A DNA stretch of 64,000 nt from Syntrophorhabdaceae bacterium (GTDB lineage Bacteria; Desulfobacterota; Syntrophorhabdia; Syntrophorhabdales; Syntrophorhabdaceae): positions 544,001 through 608,000 of the forward strand of contig CAXXUO010000001.1 of the NCBI GenBank assembly GCA_963666485.2, written 5' to 3'. The notes beneath the pieces were generated by a model, which saw only the letters and a list, made by a program, of their open reading frames with translations, made no database searches and had not been told where the DNA came from. This document shows, one piece after another, positions 36,370-46,276 of this stretch (its first letter is position 1; the number at the start of each line of letters is the position of its first letter). The translations under genes were made by a program, and so were the position numbers.

Positions 36370-37722
36370 ATGGCTGAAAGGGAATCGGAGCTGGATATAA
36401 AATTTGAAAACGTGAACGACCAGATCATCGGGACGCTCTGGAAGCCTCCTTTCATCTTCTGGTTCGTTGTCGGGGTCTGCTTTGTCGCGTTCCTCTATGG
36501 TCTCGTCGCATGGGGTTACCTGGTCGCGACCGGCATGGGGTCCACGCGCCTGCGTCCTCCCTCCGTCATGTGGGGCATCTTTCTGTCCAATTTTATCTTC
36601 TTCATCGGTCTTGCACATTCGGGAACCCTTATTTCCGCGATCCTATACCTTTTCCGGGCAAAGTTCCGGACGTCGATCAACCGGATGGCCGAGGCGATGA
36701 CCATGATATGCATCGCCCTTGCGGGCACCTACCCCCTCATCCATCTCGGAAGAAGCTGGCTGATCTACTGGATATTCCCCTACCCCAACCAGCGGCAGCT
36801 ATGGCCGGATTTCTTCTCCCCGCTCATCTTCGATTTCCTGGCCGTATCGACGTATTTTACCGTCAGCCTCATTTTCTTCTATACGGGACTCGTACCAGAT
36901 CTCGCCGCGGTCCGCGACCGGACGCAGGGGCCGTTCCGCAAGGTCTACGGGTACTTCGCTATGGGCTGGACGGGTTCGTCAAAACAATGGCACCATTACG
37001 GCACATCGTATCTTCTTCTTGCGGGCCTCGCGACCGCCCTCGTTATTTCCGTCCATACCGTCGTTTCATGGGATTTTGCGCTTCCCATCCAACCCGGGTG
37101 GCACAGCACGATATTCCCCCCCTACTTTGTGGCCGGGGCCATACATTCGGGTGTCGCAATGGTCCTCACGCTGCTCATTCCGATGCGGCGGCTTTTCAGA
37201 ATAGAAAATATCGTTACGACGAGGACGCTCGAACTGCTCGCCGAAACAACGATACTGATGGCAGGGATCCTCGGCTATTCGTACCTCACCGAGCATTTCA
37301 TGGCGTGGTACAGCAAGAATGTCTTCGAGGAACAGATCTTCAAATTCCGGGTCCTCGGGTATTACGGCTGGATATACTGGATGGTGGTTCTCTGTGCGGT
37401 GATCGCACCGATGTTCTTCTTCGTCAGGAAGTTCCGAACCACACCGATCGCACTTTTCATCATATCGATCATCATTAACATAGGCATGTGGTGGGAAAGG
37501 TTCGTCATCGTCATCCAGTCGCTCTCGCAGAATTACGTGCCTTTCCAGTGGGGTTTTTACTGGCCGGGCTGGATAGAGCTTGCCTGGACGCTCGCGACGT
37601 TCTGTTTTCTTTTCGCGGTCTTCATGCTCTTCGCGAAATACCTGCCTTCCATCCCGATCTCCGAAGTGAAAAAGGAATCGGGGATGCCCAGGGAAAAAGG
37701 GGGGCTCTATCGTGAAGAATGA
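36370..37722 (+). CDS. actC: ACIII subunit ActC (NrfD/PsrC-family quinol-binding membrane subunit)
   Basis: NFIFFIGLAHSGTLISAIL, SINRMAEAMT, IHLGR, SPLIFDF, SVHTVVSWDFA, WHSTIFPPYFVAGAI. Confidence 0.92.
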   Translation: MAERESELDIKFENVNDQIIGTLWKPPFIFWFVVGVCFVAFLYGLVAWGYLVATGMGSTRLRPPSVMWGIFLSNFIFFIGLAHSGTLISAILYLFRAKFRTSINRMAEAMTMICIALAGTYPLIHLGRSWLIYWIFPYPNQRQLWPDFFSPLIFDFLAVSTYFTVSLIFFYTGLVPDLAAVRDRTQGPFRKVYGYFAMGWTGSSKQWHHYGTSYLLLAGLATALVISVHTVVSWDFALPIQPGWHSTIFPPYFVAGAIHSGVAMVLTLLIPMRRLFRIENIVTTRTLELLAETTILMAGILGYSYLTEHFMAWYSKNVFEEQIFKFRVLGYYGWIYWMVVLCAVIAPMFFFVRKFRTTPIALFIISIIINIGMWWERFVIVIQSLSQNYVPFQWGFYWPGWIELAWTLATFCFLFAVFMLFAKYLPSIPISEVKKESGMPREKGGLYREE

Positions 37723-38227
37723 GAATGCCCTGCTCGCAACCTTTCTCCATGTGGACAGATTTCTTGCGTGCCTTAAAATCCTGAAAGAAGAAAAGCGCTG
37801 CCGCGTCATCGAAACCTTTTCGCCGGTGCGCCTCCCCGAGATGCAGGAGATAGTAACCCCGAAGTCAAGCCCGGCACGCTTATTCACCCTCATAGGGGGG
37901 ATTATCGGGGCAACGGGCATCGTCAGCCTTGCGGCATACGCGCATCTGAGCTTCCGCCTTATCGTTTACGGAAAGCCGGTCATTGCATGGGTGCCATGGG
38001 TCATCGTGGCATTCGAGGGCATGGTCCTTATCGCTTCATTGTTCGCCTTTGTCTCGTGGGTGTTTAAGGCGGGGCTGCCGCAGGCATCGATCGAACCCGG
38101 ATACGATGCCGCTCTGTCGGGGCATGCATTCGGCATCCTCGTCGCACCGGCACATATCGACGACCGCCAGCTCGAGGAGTTCCTGAGGAAGAACGGGGCC
38201 GAGGAGGTGCGCCATGTTGCCGCCTGA
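37712..38227 (+). CDS. actD: ACIII subunit ActD (DUF3341)
   Basis: ETFSPV, two TMs, LIVYGKP...VAFEGMVL, GAEEV end; position after actC. Confidence 0.82.
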   Translation: MKNENALLATFLHVDRFLACLKILKEEKRCRVIETFSPVRLPEMQEIVTPKSSPARLFTLIGGIIGATGIVSLAAYAHLSFRLIVYGKPVIAWVPWVIVAFEGMVLIASLFAFVSWVFKAGLPQASIEPGYDAALSGHAFGILVAPAHIDDRQLEEFLRKNGAEEVRHVAA

Positions 38228-39440
38228 CGACCGGGCCCTGACCCTGCGCACCCCGGTGAGCTGGGTGGTCATATCCCTCACCCTTACACTGATCGGTGCG
38301 GCGGCGTTCTTTTACGGGACGTCAGGCAGTCATGCCTTGAGGACATGGCAGGCCTTTACGGTCAACTATATCTTCTGGACGGGCCTTGCCTTCGGCGGGG
38401 TGCTTTTTTCCGCGGTGCTCAACCTGTCAAAAGCGGTGTGGGGAAGGCCGGTAAAACGCCTGGCCGAATCATTCAGTGCCTATCTCCCCGTTTCTTTCCT
38501 GCTTTTCTGGATCTTCCTCAAGGGCAAAGAATATGTCTTCCCCTGGGTGTTGAACCCTGTTCAGGAAAAACAGCATTTCCTGAACACAACATTCATGTTC
38601 GTGCGTGAAGGCGTGTGCCTTTTCGCGCTCACCGTGCTGAGCCTCGTCTTCGTCTATTTTTCGGTGAAAGGCGACAGGCAATGGTTGAAGGACGGGCGGC
38701 CCCCCGTTCGCACGGAATACCCGTGGGTGGGACACTTCCGTTCCCAGTGGCGCCTGTCCCCGGTCCTGCCGGCGGCGTACGCGTTCATCCTTTCCCTGTT
38801 TGCCGTCGACCTCATCATGAGTTTAAGTCCCGAATGGATAAGCACCCTCTTTCCCGGTTACTATTTCACCGCCGCTTTTTATTCCGCCATCGCGGCCATC
38901 TACCTCTTCGTGCTCCTCGCGAAGGACCGGCTGGGTATTGGCCCGTATCTCCTTCCGCGCCAGTTTCACGACATGGGAAAGCTCATCTTCGGGTTCGCCA
39001 TATTCACCGGCTACCTCTTTTACGCGCAGCTGCTCGTGATCTGGTACGGCAACCTGCCCGATGAAACGACGTTCGTCATACTCAGGACACGGCTCGATCC
39101 CTGGAAGCCATGGGCATGGGCGGTGCTGTTCATGATATTCGGCATCCCTTTCCTCGCGCTTCTGTCGCGTAATATCAAGGTAAAGCGGGTGCCCATGGTC
39201 TTCATAACGATAATGATCCTTGCGGGTATGTGGATGGAACGTTTCCTCCTGGTCGTTCCGTCGCTCTGGCACCACGGCGGGATCCCGTTCGGCCTCATCG
39301 AGGTCCTTGTCTCCGCGGGCTTCGTCGGCCTCGTCTGGCTGTGCATCACCGTGTTCCTTTCCCGTGTGCCCGTCATGCCTGTGTCCGACCCCCTTTTCCA
39401 CAAATTCCTGAACCAAAGCGAAGGGAACATGAGACCATGA
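38214..39440 (+). CDS. actF: ACIII subunit ActF (ActC paralogue)
   Basis: AVWGRPVKRLAE, VDLIMSLSPEWISTLF, HDMGKLIFGF, YAQLLVIWYGNLPDET. Confidence 0.88.
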   Translation: MLPPDDRALTLRTPVSWVVISLTLTLIGAAAFFYGTSGSHALRTWQAFTVNYIFWTGLAFGGVLFSAVLNLSKAVWGRPVKRLAESFSAYLPVSFLLFWIFLKGKEYVFPWVLNPVQEKQHFLNTTFMFVREGVCLFALTVLSLVFVYFSVKGDRQWLKDGRPPVRTEYPWVGHFRSQWRLSPVLPAAYAFILSLFAVDLIMSLSPEWISTLFPGYYFTAAFYSAIAAIYLFVLLAKDRLGIGPYLLPRQFHDMGKLIFGFAIFTGYLFYAQLLVIWYGNLPDETTFVILRTRLDPWKPWAWAVLFMIFGIPFLALLSRNIKVKRVPMVFITIMILAGMWMERFLLVVPSLWHHGGIPFGLIEVLVSAGFVGLVWLCITVFLSRVPVMPVSDPLFHKFLNQSEGNMRP

Positions 39441-39988
39441 TGAACGAAGAGGGAAACGGCAGGCCGGAAACAAGGCGCCCCATACGGCGCGGTTACATAT
39501 GGCTGGGAATTGCAGGGGCCGTCTTTGCCGTACTGTTCTTCTTCTACAGTTTCTTCCCGGCAAGCAGGGTCGGGCCCGTACAACCGATCCCCTTCAGCCA
39601 CCGCGTCCATGCCGGGGTAAAGCAGATCGACTGCCGCTTCTGTCATTCATTTGTGGAGCGGTCACAGGATGCGGGCATACCCGAGGTAAAGAAGTGCTTT
39701 TTCTGTCATGAATACGTCATCCCCCAACACCCGGAGATCCGCAAGGAAAAGAGTTATTTCGACGCGCAAAAACCCGTGCCCTGGAAGCGGGTCTTCTGGG
39801 TCCCGGATTTCGTTTTCTTCCATCACAGGCCCCATGTGTCGTGGGCAAAGTTCGATTGCTCCAAGTGCCACGGAGATGTGAGGACCATGGACAGGCTGCC
39901 GCGCGTCGAGTTCCAGATGGGCTTTTGCGTGACATGCCACAGGAAGCACAAGGCGCAGATCGATTGCTGGCTCGCCTGTCACAGATGA
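39437..39988 (+). CDS. actA: ACIII pentahaem cytochrome c subunit ActA
   Basis: TM anchor; PVQPIPFSHRVHAG; CRFCH, CFFCH, CSKCH, CVTCH, CWLACH; VPWKRV..VPDFVFFHH. Real start is ATG 39437, overlapping the actF stop. Confidence 0.88.
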   Translation: MMNEEGNGRPETRRPIRRGYIWLGIAGAVFAVLFFFYSFFPASRVGPVQPIPFSHRVHAGVKQIDCRFCHSFVERSQDAGIPEVKKCFFCHEYVIPQHPEIRKEKSYFDAQKPVPWKRVFWVPDFVFFHHRPHVSWAKFDCSKCHGDVRTMDRLPRVEFQMGFCVTCHRKHKAQIDCWLACHR

Positions 39989-40003
39989 GGAGAGGAAAAA
40001 CGC

Positions 40004-41410
40004 ATGGTTGAAGGACCGGGAAATATCGCTGGAACGCTCGAGGCGAAAGATGCTTACAGGCCCATCGCGGGGTTCTTCCTCTCTTCGGCGATCTGGTTCG
40101 CTATCTTTGCCTCCTTCGGCTTTATCCTTGCGTCGTGGATGATAGCACCGGACCTCTTCCTCTACAAGAACATACCGTGGCTCGTTTTCAGCCGGGTCCG
40201 CCCTGTCCACACGAACGGCATGATATTCGGCTTCGTCGGCTCGGCACTGATGGGTGCGATCTATTACTACGTGCCCCACCTCGTCCGCTCACCCCTTCAC
40301 AGCCCTCTTATCGCCCGCATCACCCTGTGGATGTGGAACATCGCGATCGCGGCGGGCAGCACGACATTGCTCTTCGGGCTGACGCAGGGCCGGGAATACG
40401 CCGAGTGGATCTGGCCCATCGACGTCGTCGTCCTCATCGCCTTCGCCGCGACCTTCTATAATGTCCTCATGACCGTGGCCGCCCGGGAAGAGAAAACCCT
40501 GTACGTGTCGGTCTGGTATGTCTTCGCGACGCTTATCTTCATTTTCTGGATATACTTTTTCGGGAACGCGGTCTGGCACCCGGAAACGGGCGCTATCCGG
40601 GGCCTCGCCGACGGGGTCCTCGCCTGGTTCTACGGCCACGGCGTGGTCGGCCTTTTCCTCACCCCGCTTGCGGTGGCCGTTTCCTACTACATCATGCCGA
40701 TCGTCAGCGGAGGCCCGCTTTTCAGCCACACCATTTCGCTCGTCGGTTTCTGGTCGATCCTGATCTTTTACCCGCACATCGGCGGCCACCACCTCCTCCA
40801 GACGCCTATACCGACATGGCTTAAAGTCGTTTCGGTAACAGGCTCGATCGGGATGCTCCTGCCGGTGCTCGCTGTCCTTATCAACCAGTGGCTCACCATG
40901 AAAGGCCGGCTCGCATCGATACACGAAAACATCGGGGGGAAGTGGGTCTTTGCCGGCCTTGTCTGGTACCTGATCGTCTGCCTCCAGGGACCTTTTCAGG
41001 CCCTGCCGATCATCCAGCGCGTCACACACCTGACCAACTGGGTGATAGGCCATTCCCATATCGCGGTGCTGGGATTTTCCGGCTTCATCGGACTTGGTGC
41101 AATCTATTTCCTCATCCCGCGTATAACGGGGAGGCCGGTCTACAGCAGGAAGCTTGCCGACATCCAGTACTGGATGCTCCTCATCGGCCTCGCCGGCTTC
41201 TGGTTCGTCCTGACCGTTGCCGGGCTTATCCAGGGCAACTCGTGGCTGAACGGCGAGACCGTCTACCGGACGCTGCCGGAGCTGCATCCTTATTTCATCT
41301 TCAGGCTGATCTTCGCGATGCTCATCCTCCTTGGCTCCTTCATCGGCCTTTACAACATCGGGATGAGCCTCGCCGCCGGGCATACGCGAACGCGCAGGGA
41401 GGTCTCATGA
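40004..41410 (+). CDS. ccoN: cbb3-type haem-copper oxidase subunit I
   Basis: RVRPVHTNGMIFGF, GREYAE, WFYGHGVVG, FYPHIGGHHL (Tyr six residues before the His-His pair), HLTNWVIGHSH: all six His ligands present. Confidence 0.9.
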   Translation: MVEGPGNIAGTLEAKDAYRPIAGFFLSSAIWFAIFASFGFILASWMIAPDLFLYKNIPWLVFSRVRPVHTNGMIFGFVGSALMGAIYYYVPHLVRSPLHSPLIARITLWMWNIAIAAGSTTLLFGLTQGREYAEWIWPIDVVVLIAFAATFYNVLMTVAAREEKTLYVSVWYVFATLIFIFWIYFFGNAVWHPETGAIRGLADGVLAWFYGHGVVGLFLTPLAVAVSYYIMPIVSGGPLFSHTISLVGFWSILIFYPHIGGHHLLQTPIPTWLKVVSVTGSIGMLLPVLAVLINQWLTMKGRLASIHENIGGKWVFAGLVWYLIVCLQGPFQALPIIQRVTHLTNWVIGHSHIAVLGFSGFIGLGAIYFLIPRITGRPVYSRKLADIQYWMLLIGLAGFWFVLTVAGLIQGNSWLNGETVYRTLPELHPYFIFRLIFAMLILLGSFIGLYNIGMSLAAGHTRTRREVS

Positions 41411-42354
41411 GGATGACCGTTACCCTCATTATTATCGGAGGGCTGATCGTGTTCGGTGCCGTGCTCCTCATCGCCGTCATATTGCCCTGGACGACGATAA
41501 CTGACAGACCGGCAGATACATTCCGGGCGAGGACCGACCTCGAAAAGAAAGGGAGAAAGGTCTACATCGAGAACGGGTGCACGTACTGCCATACCCAATT
41601 TGTCAGGACGATCGACTGGAACCACGGGGCGGTGCGCATCGCGCGGTCCGGGGACTACGTGGCCGATCAGCCCCATCTTTTAGGTACGGAACGCACCGGG
41701 CCCGACCTGTCGCAGGAGGGAGGCGAGAGGCCTGATGACTGGCACCTCGCCCATTTCACGAATCCCCGGTACACGAGGCCCGAATCCATCATGCCGGCCT
41801 TTGAGTTCTTAGGACCGGAAAAGATCGGGGCGCTTATCGCCTACAAACAGTCCCTGGGTTTTCAACTGGCCGATCTCAAAGTGGAACGGCAGAGGTTCTG
41901 GAAGGAGCAGGCAATTGCAGCCTATTCGTCCGGGCCCGACAAGAACGTCGCGTGGCTCCACTCGTGGGTGCCCGACGGCTGGAAGACCCTGTCGAACCCG
42001 TATAGGACAACCGGCGTACAGCTTGCCCAGGGAAAACGGATATACGAGAGCTTCTGCATCGGGTGCCACGGCCCGGTCGGTGACGGCATGGGGCCTGCGT
42101 CGCGCTACCTTTACCCTCCACCGCTCAATTTTACCATCCTGAAAGGAAGGGGCATATCGGGAGGGATCCTCTATTACCAGATCATGAACGGGATCACGGG
42201 AACAGCCATGATGTATTTCAAGAAAGATCTCGAGTCGGAGAAGATCTGGAATGTGGGCAACTACGTCGCCGTGACATTTATCGGCGAGACGGATGCAGGC
42301 AAACCGCCGAGAGGCATCCCTGCCGCCTACGAGGTATCGGAGGGGGTGCGATGA
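41407..42354 (+). CDS. ccoO: cbb3 subunit II (CcoO) fused to a second cytochrome c domain
   Basis: GRKVYIENGCTYCHTQFVR, LGTERTGPDL, WHLAHFTNPR...SIMP; second haem CIGCHG. Start MRMTV at 41407. Confidence 0.88.
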   Translation: MRMTVTLIIIGGLIVFGAVLLIAVILPWTTITDRPADTFRARTDLEKKGRKVYIENGCTYCHTQFVRTIDWNHGAVRIARSGDYVADQPHLLGTERTGPDLSQEGGERPDDWHLAHFTNPRYTRPESIMPAFEFLGPEKIGALIAYKQSLGFQLADLKVERQRFWKEQAIAAYSSGPDKNVAWLHSWVPDGWKTLSNPYRTTGVQLAQGKRIYESFCIGCHGPVGDGMGPASRYLYPPPLNFTILKGRGISGGILYYQIMNGITGTAMMYFKKDLESEKIWNVGNYVAVTFIGETDAGKPPRGIPAAYEVSEGVR

Positions 42355-42623
42355 TGCTCTTTGGCCTTCTTCCCTGGTTCTGCCTGATGGCGGCAGGCCT
42401 CGTGGCGAGCGTGGCGCTCCTCTTCTGGGGCCACGCGAGCGGCCAGTTCTCCGACCAGGAACGCGCCCGGTACCTCCCCCTGGTAGGGGAAGAGATCGCG
42501 GCGCCGGATACAGGATCGCGTTCGGGAAAACGGGAGGCCCGGGTACTCGCGGGATTGATCGTCTTTGCCGGCATTACCCTTGCGGCCTGCCTCGTGGTTG
42601 CGCTGCTGAGACAAGGAGGGTAG
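42351..42623 (+). CDS. ccoS: cbb3 oxidase maturation protein CcoS
   Basis: TM followed by LFWGHASGQFSDQERARYLPL. Confidence 0.8.
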   Translation: MMLFGLLPWFCLMAAGLVASVALLFWGHASGQFSDQERARYLPLVGEEIAAPDTGSRSGKREARVLAGLIVFAGITLAACLVVALLRQGG

Positions 42624-42625
42624 GC

Positions 42626-42895
42626 ATGCGGTTCTTCTTCCTGAAGGATTATCAGGACTGGCTTCTTTCGGTCGGGCTTGGCCTCATCCTCGTCATCCTC
42701 ATCTACCTTGCACTCAAAAGCTACAACTATTCACAGGAAAGGATCCGGGGCAGGGAGCAGGAGGAGTTCCATTATCCGGATGGTATCGAAGGGAGGAATT
42801 TCCCGACCCCGCCCTTCATGATCTTTCTCTATATCGGCTTCGTCATCTGGGCGGTCTGTTACGTGATCTTCATCGGTATGAAAGGGCCGATCTAG
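42626..42895 (+). CDS. Small 2-TM protein resembling the CcoP/FixP N-terminal membrane domain
   Basis: AAGGAGG SD; HYPDGIEGRNFPTPPFMIFLYIGFVIWAVCY resembles the CcoP H-x-x-DGI-x-E-x-D/N-NP-x-P...Y motif. Confidence 0.6.
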   Translation: MRFFFLKDYQDWLLSVGLGLILVILIYLALKSYNYSQERIRGREQEEFHYPDGIEGRNFPTPPFMIFLYIGFVIWAVCYVIFIGMKGPI

Positions 42896-42901
42896 AAGCT
42901 T

Positions 42902-43243
42902 ATGGGTAATCAAAGGTATACGGACAAACCCGGCAGGGAACAGGGCCCGAGGCGCATGGCCCTTCACGGGTATATCATTGTGTGCGCCATAGCCGTCCTC
43001 TTCGTGCTGTACGGTTTCCTTGCATTCTTCGTGATCGGGGACAAGGGGCCGCCCGACTGGGACTACGGAAGCGTTGAGGACGTTCCGGGACAGTCCGTCT
43101 ATTCCACGCATCCCTACGGGGTTGAGGCGCCGGAACCCCAGCATGTCGATCAAAAGCCATCTTCCGCTCCAATGGGCGTTTCGAAAGAAAAAGACCGGCC
43201 CGCGCCCTTAAAGGGCCCGGTTATGGGGGGTCAAGGCCAATGA
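42902..43243 (+). CDS. Hypothetical single-TM protein in the cco operon
   Basis: One TM then GDKGPPDWDYGSVEDVPG; tightly packed in the operon. Confidence 0.65.
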   Translation: MGNQRYTDKPGREQGPRRMALHGYIIVCAIAVLFVLYGFLAFFVIGDKGPPDWDYGSVEDVPGQSVYSTHPYGVEAPEPQHVDQKPSSAPMGVSKEKDRPAPLKGPVMGGQGQ

Positions 43244-43743
43244 AAGCCCGCGTCGGAACACTCCCGCACATGATCCTGTTGTTGCTGCTGTTCCTGTCTC
43301 CCGGCAGTATCACATCGTGCGATTACGCCCGCATGCGCGACCAGGAATCGGTAAGGACATACGAAAAAGAAATGCCCCGTGCCGACGCCCGGACAGTGCC
43401 GGTCAATAGCGGTTTCCTGGCGCTGCGAGCAGCCGACCCAAAAAAACTTGTCAACCCCTATCCCGTGAATGCCGCATCGGTCAATGAGGGTAAATTGGCT
43501 TACAGGTATTTCTGCATTCAGTGCCATGGTCAAAGGGCGGACGGGATGGGCACGGTAGGACAGAGCTTCTCGCCGCTGCCGGCGGACCTCGGATCCGAAA
43601 GGGTGCAGGGCTTGAGCGACGGGGAATTGTACGCCAGGATCAGGCTCGGCTACAAGCGCCATCCGGAGCTTTATACGACAATATCCGAGCGTGACACGTG
43701 GTACGTGATACAGTATACACGGTCCCTCGCCGGGAAAAAGTGA
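43240..43743 (+). CDS. actE: Monohaem cytochrome c lipoprotein, ActE-like
   Basis: Signal ending ITSC; MRDQESVRTYE...RTVP; NPYP...GKLAYRYFCIQCHG..ADGMG; LSDGELY. Confidence 0.72.
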   Translation: MKARVGTLPHMILLLLLFLSPGSITSCDYARMRDQESVRTYEKEMPRADARTVPVNSGFLALRAADPKKLVNPYPVNAASVNEGKLAYRYFCIQCHGQRADGMGTVGQSFSPLPADLGSERVQGLSDGELYARIRLGYKRHPELYTTISERDTWYVIQYTRSLAGKK

Positions 43744-43744
43744 C

Positions 43745-46276
43745 ATGCCGGGCCCGGCTTTACCTCACGTGACGCCCGGAACATCATCACAGGTTCCCGC
43801 GCGGCCCCCGGTCATGGCATGTCACCTGTGCGGCCTTCCTGTTAAAGGCACAGGCATGCAGTATTCGACAGGGTCCGGCATTCTTCACTTCTGCTGCCAC
43901 GGCTGCCAGCAGGTCTTTCTTCTCCTCACGGCTGCCTCCGGTGTGCTGCCCGAGGGCTTCCGGGAAACGGACCTCTACCGCGCCTGTGTGGAGGCGGGGA
44001 TCGTGCCTGACGCCTCCCCGGCAACAAACACGGCCCCGTCGCACAGTGAAGCGGGCCTGCCCCCCCTGGAATTCGCCTGTGAGGTTGAGGGCATGTGGTG
44101 CCCGTCGTGTGCCTGGCTCATTGAAGAGATGCTCCGCCGCATGTCCGGCGTGCTATGCCCGAAGGTCTCGTTCGTCTCCGACCGGCTGAACCTCGAATAT
44201 CTGCCCCACATCGTTTCCCCGGCGGACATCATCGCACGTATCGGGCGGCTCGGATACCGTCTCGTCACCCCGCACGAGGGAGACGCCGGCCGGGAAAGAA
44301 AGAAAGAGAACGTGCTGTCTCTTGCCGTCTCCGCCTTCCTTACCGGCAATATCATGATGGCCTCTGTCTTTTTTTACGGGTTCATCGATGTATCGCCTGC
44401 CGTACTGCGGGGTTTTTCCTATCCGACTGCCGTGATGGCATCCTTCGTTCTGTTCTGGGCCGGGATGCCGGTACTGAAAAGAGGTTTCACATCGCTATGG
44501 TACGGCTCGCCTTCGATGGACACGCTGATATCCCTTGGCGCCCTCTCCGCATACGCCTACAGCCTCGCCCGGATGGCGACCGGCGGCGTGCACCTTTATT
44601 TCGATACCGCGGCAATGCTTATCACGTCCATACTTTTCGGACGATATATCGAGGCCCGGGCAAGGCAGGGCATTCGGTCGGGGCTGTCCGATCTTTACCG
44701 GATCTCCCGCGGCAAGGTGAGAACGTCCGGCGGCGCCCGCGAGGTCTGGCTGCCTGCAGACATGGTGAAGCCGGGGCACAGCTTTATTGTTCGCGCCGGG
44801 GAGACGGCCTGTCTCGACGGCCGCATCACCCGCGGCAGTGCTGCCGTCGACGAGTCATGCCTGACGGGTGAGGCCCATCCCCGCGTGAGACACCCTGGCG
44901 ACATGCTGCGCGCAGGGAGCATCGTGTGCACCGGGGAGGTCGTGCTCGAGACGACCGCTGCAGCGAGGGAGAGTTTCGTCGGGCAGATGATCGCCGCGAT
45001 TGAAAAAGCCCTGGACAAAAAAGATGCATACGAGCGGCTTGCGGAAAAGGTAAGCCGCATCTTCGTGCCTGCCATATTCGCTATAGCAGCCGCCACAGGG
45101 TTTTTCGTCGGGATATCGGGTTCTTCTCCGGGCGAGGCGATGCTCAGGGCCCTTACCGTGCTCATTATCTCCTGTCCCTGCACGCTCGGCATCGCCATAC
45201 CTCTCGCGAAGGTCCGGGCTGTCGCTCTGGCCCGCAAGGCCGGTATTATCGTCAGGGACCCGGATGCCCTCGAACGTTTACCCGATATCGATACCTTCTT
45301 TCTTGACAAGACAGGTACGGTGACGGAAGGAAGATTTTCATTGAGACACATAAGCTGCAGCTGCGATGGGACCGAGCTGTTGTCCCGCCTCGCTTCCGTG
45401 GAGGTCCATTCCCGTCATTTCATCGGGCAGGAGATCGTTCGCGCGGCGCGTGAGGCCGGTTGCGCCATTGCCGGCGCGGAAATGTTCACAACGTACCCGG
45501 GGCTTGGTGTATCGGGAAATGTCGACGGCCTCCAGGTTTTCATCGGGAACCGCATCCTCATGGAGAGAGAGGGCATAGCGGGAGATGGAACCCGGGACAA
45601 CGAAGCGGCGGCGTGGGAAAGAATTGGCAACACCTGCGTGTTCTTCGCGTGGGGCGGGCGCGTCCGGGGCTTTCTCGTGTTCGGCGACGCGCTGAGGGAA
45701 GGCGCAGCTGAGACCGTGAAAAACCTCGAGGAAAACGGTATCGACATCAGGCTCATCTCTGGCGATGCCGCAGCTACAACTGCTGCTGTCGCCGGGTTGC
45801 TGGGGATAAAGCGCTTCACGGGAAACGCGCTGCCGGAAAGCAAAGCCCGGCTTATCGAATCGTACCGAAAACGGGGACGGAAGGTCGCCATGATAGGGGA
45901 CGGGCTGAACGACGCGCCTGCCCTCGCCGCGGCGGATGTAGGCTGCGCCTTCGGCCCGGGCGCTGACCTCGTGCAGGGAACGGCCGATATTGTCTTCCTC
46001 TCCGGGGACCCCCGTAGGATCCTGGAGGCCCGGGAGTTATCCGCGTTGACGAAGAGAACCATCAGGCAGAACCTTTTCTTCGCTTTTTTCTACAACACCA
46101 TGGCCATTCCCGTGGCCGCACTGGGCATTCTCGACCCGTTCATTGCCGTGGTCGCGATGGCGGGAAGCTCTCTTGCCGTGACCGGGAATGTGTTGAGGAT
46201 GTCCGGTAAACTTTCGGCGTCGCCCCGATCACCGGCCAACAACGTGCGGCATATGATCATATCAATAATACCGTGA
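43745..46276 (+). CDS. ccoI: CcoI/FixI-type heavy-metal (Cu) P1B ATPase
   Basis: CHLCG...FCCHGC N-domain, GMWCPSC, SCPC, DKTGTVT, GDGLNDAPALAAADVG. Confidence 0.9.
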   Translation: MPGPALPHVTPGTSSQVPARPPVMACHLCGLPVKGTGMQYSTGSGILHFCCHGCQQVFLLLTAASGVLPEGFRETDLYRACVEAGIVPDASPATNTAPSHSEAGLPPLEFACEVEGMWCPSCAWLIEEMLRRMSGVLCPKVSFVSDRLNLEYLPHIVSPADIIARIGRLGYRLVTPHEGDAGRERKKENVLSLAVSAFLTGNIMMASVFFYGFIDVSPAVLRGFSYPTAVMASFVLFWAGMPVLKRGFTSLWYGSPSMDTLISLGALSAYAYSLARMATGGVHLYFDTAAMLITSILFGRYIEARARQGIRSGLSDLYRISRGKVRTSGGAREVWLPADMVKPGHSFIVRAGETACLDGRITRGSAAVDESCLTGEAHPRVRHPGDMLRAGSIVCTGEVVLETTAAARESFVGQMIAAIEKALDKKDAYERLAEKVSRIFVPAIFAIAAATGFFVGISGSSPGEAMLRALTVLIISCPCTLGIAIPLAKVRAVALARKAGIIVRDPDALERLPDIDTFFLDKTGTVTEGRFSLRHISCSCDGTELLSRLASVEVHSRHFIGQEIVRAAREAGCAIAGAEMFTTYPGLGVSGNVDGLQVFIGNRILMEREGIAGDGTRDNEAAAWERIGNTCVFFAWGGRVRGFLVFGDALREGAAETVKNLEENGIDIRLISGDAAATTAAVAGLLGIKRFTGNALPESKARLIESYRKRGRKVAMIGDGLNDAPALAAADVGCAFGPGADLVQGTADIVFLSGDPRRILEARELSALTKRTIRQNLFFAFFYNTMAIPVAALGILDPFIAVVAMAGSSLAVTGNVLRMSGKLSASPRSPANNVRHMIISIIP

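Noticed and set aside
40888..41406. Long N-terminal extensions in the ORF track (40888, 39230, 42293, 57488, 58274, 22480)
   Set aside because: They overlap upstream genes or lack homologous character; downstream starts with SD or stop-start overlap fit better.
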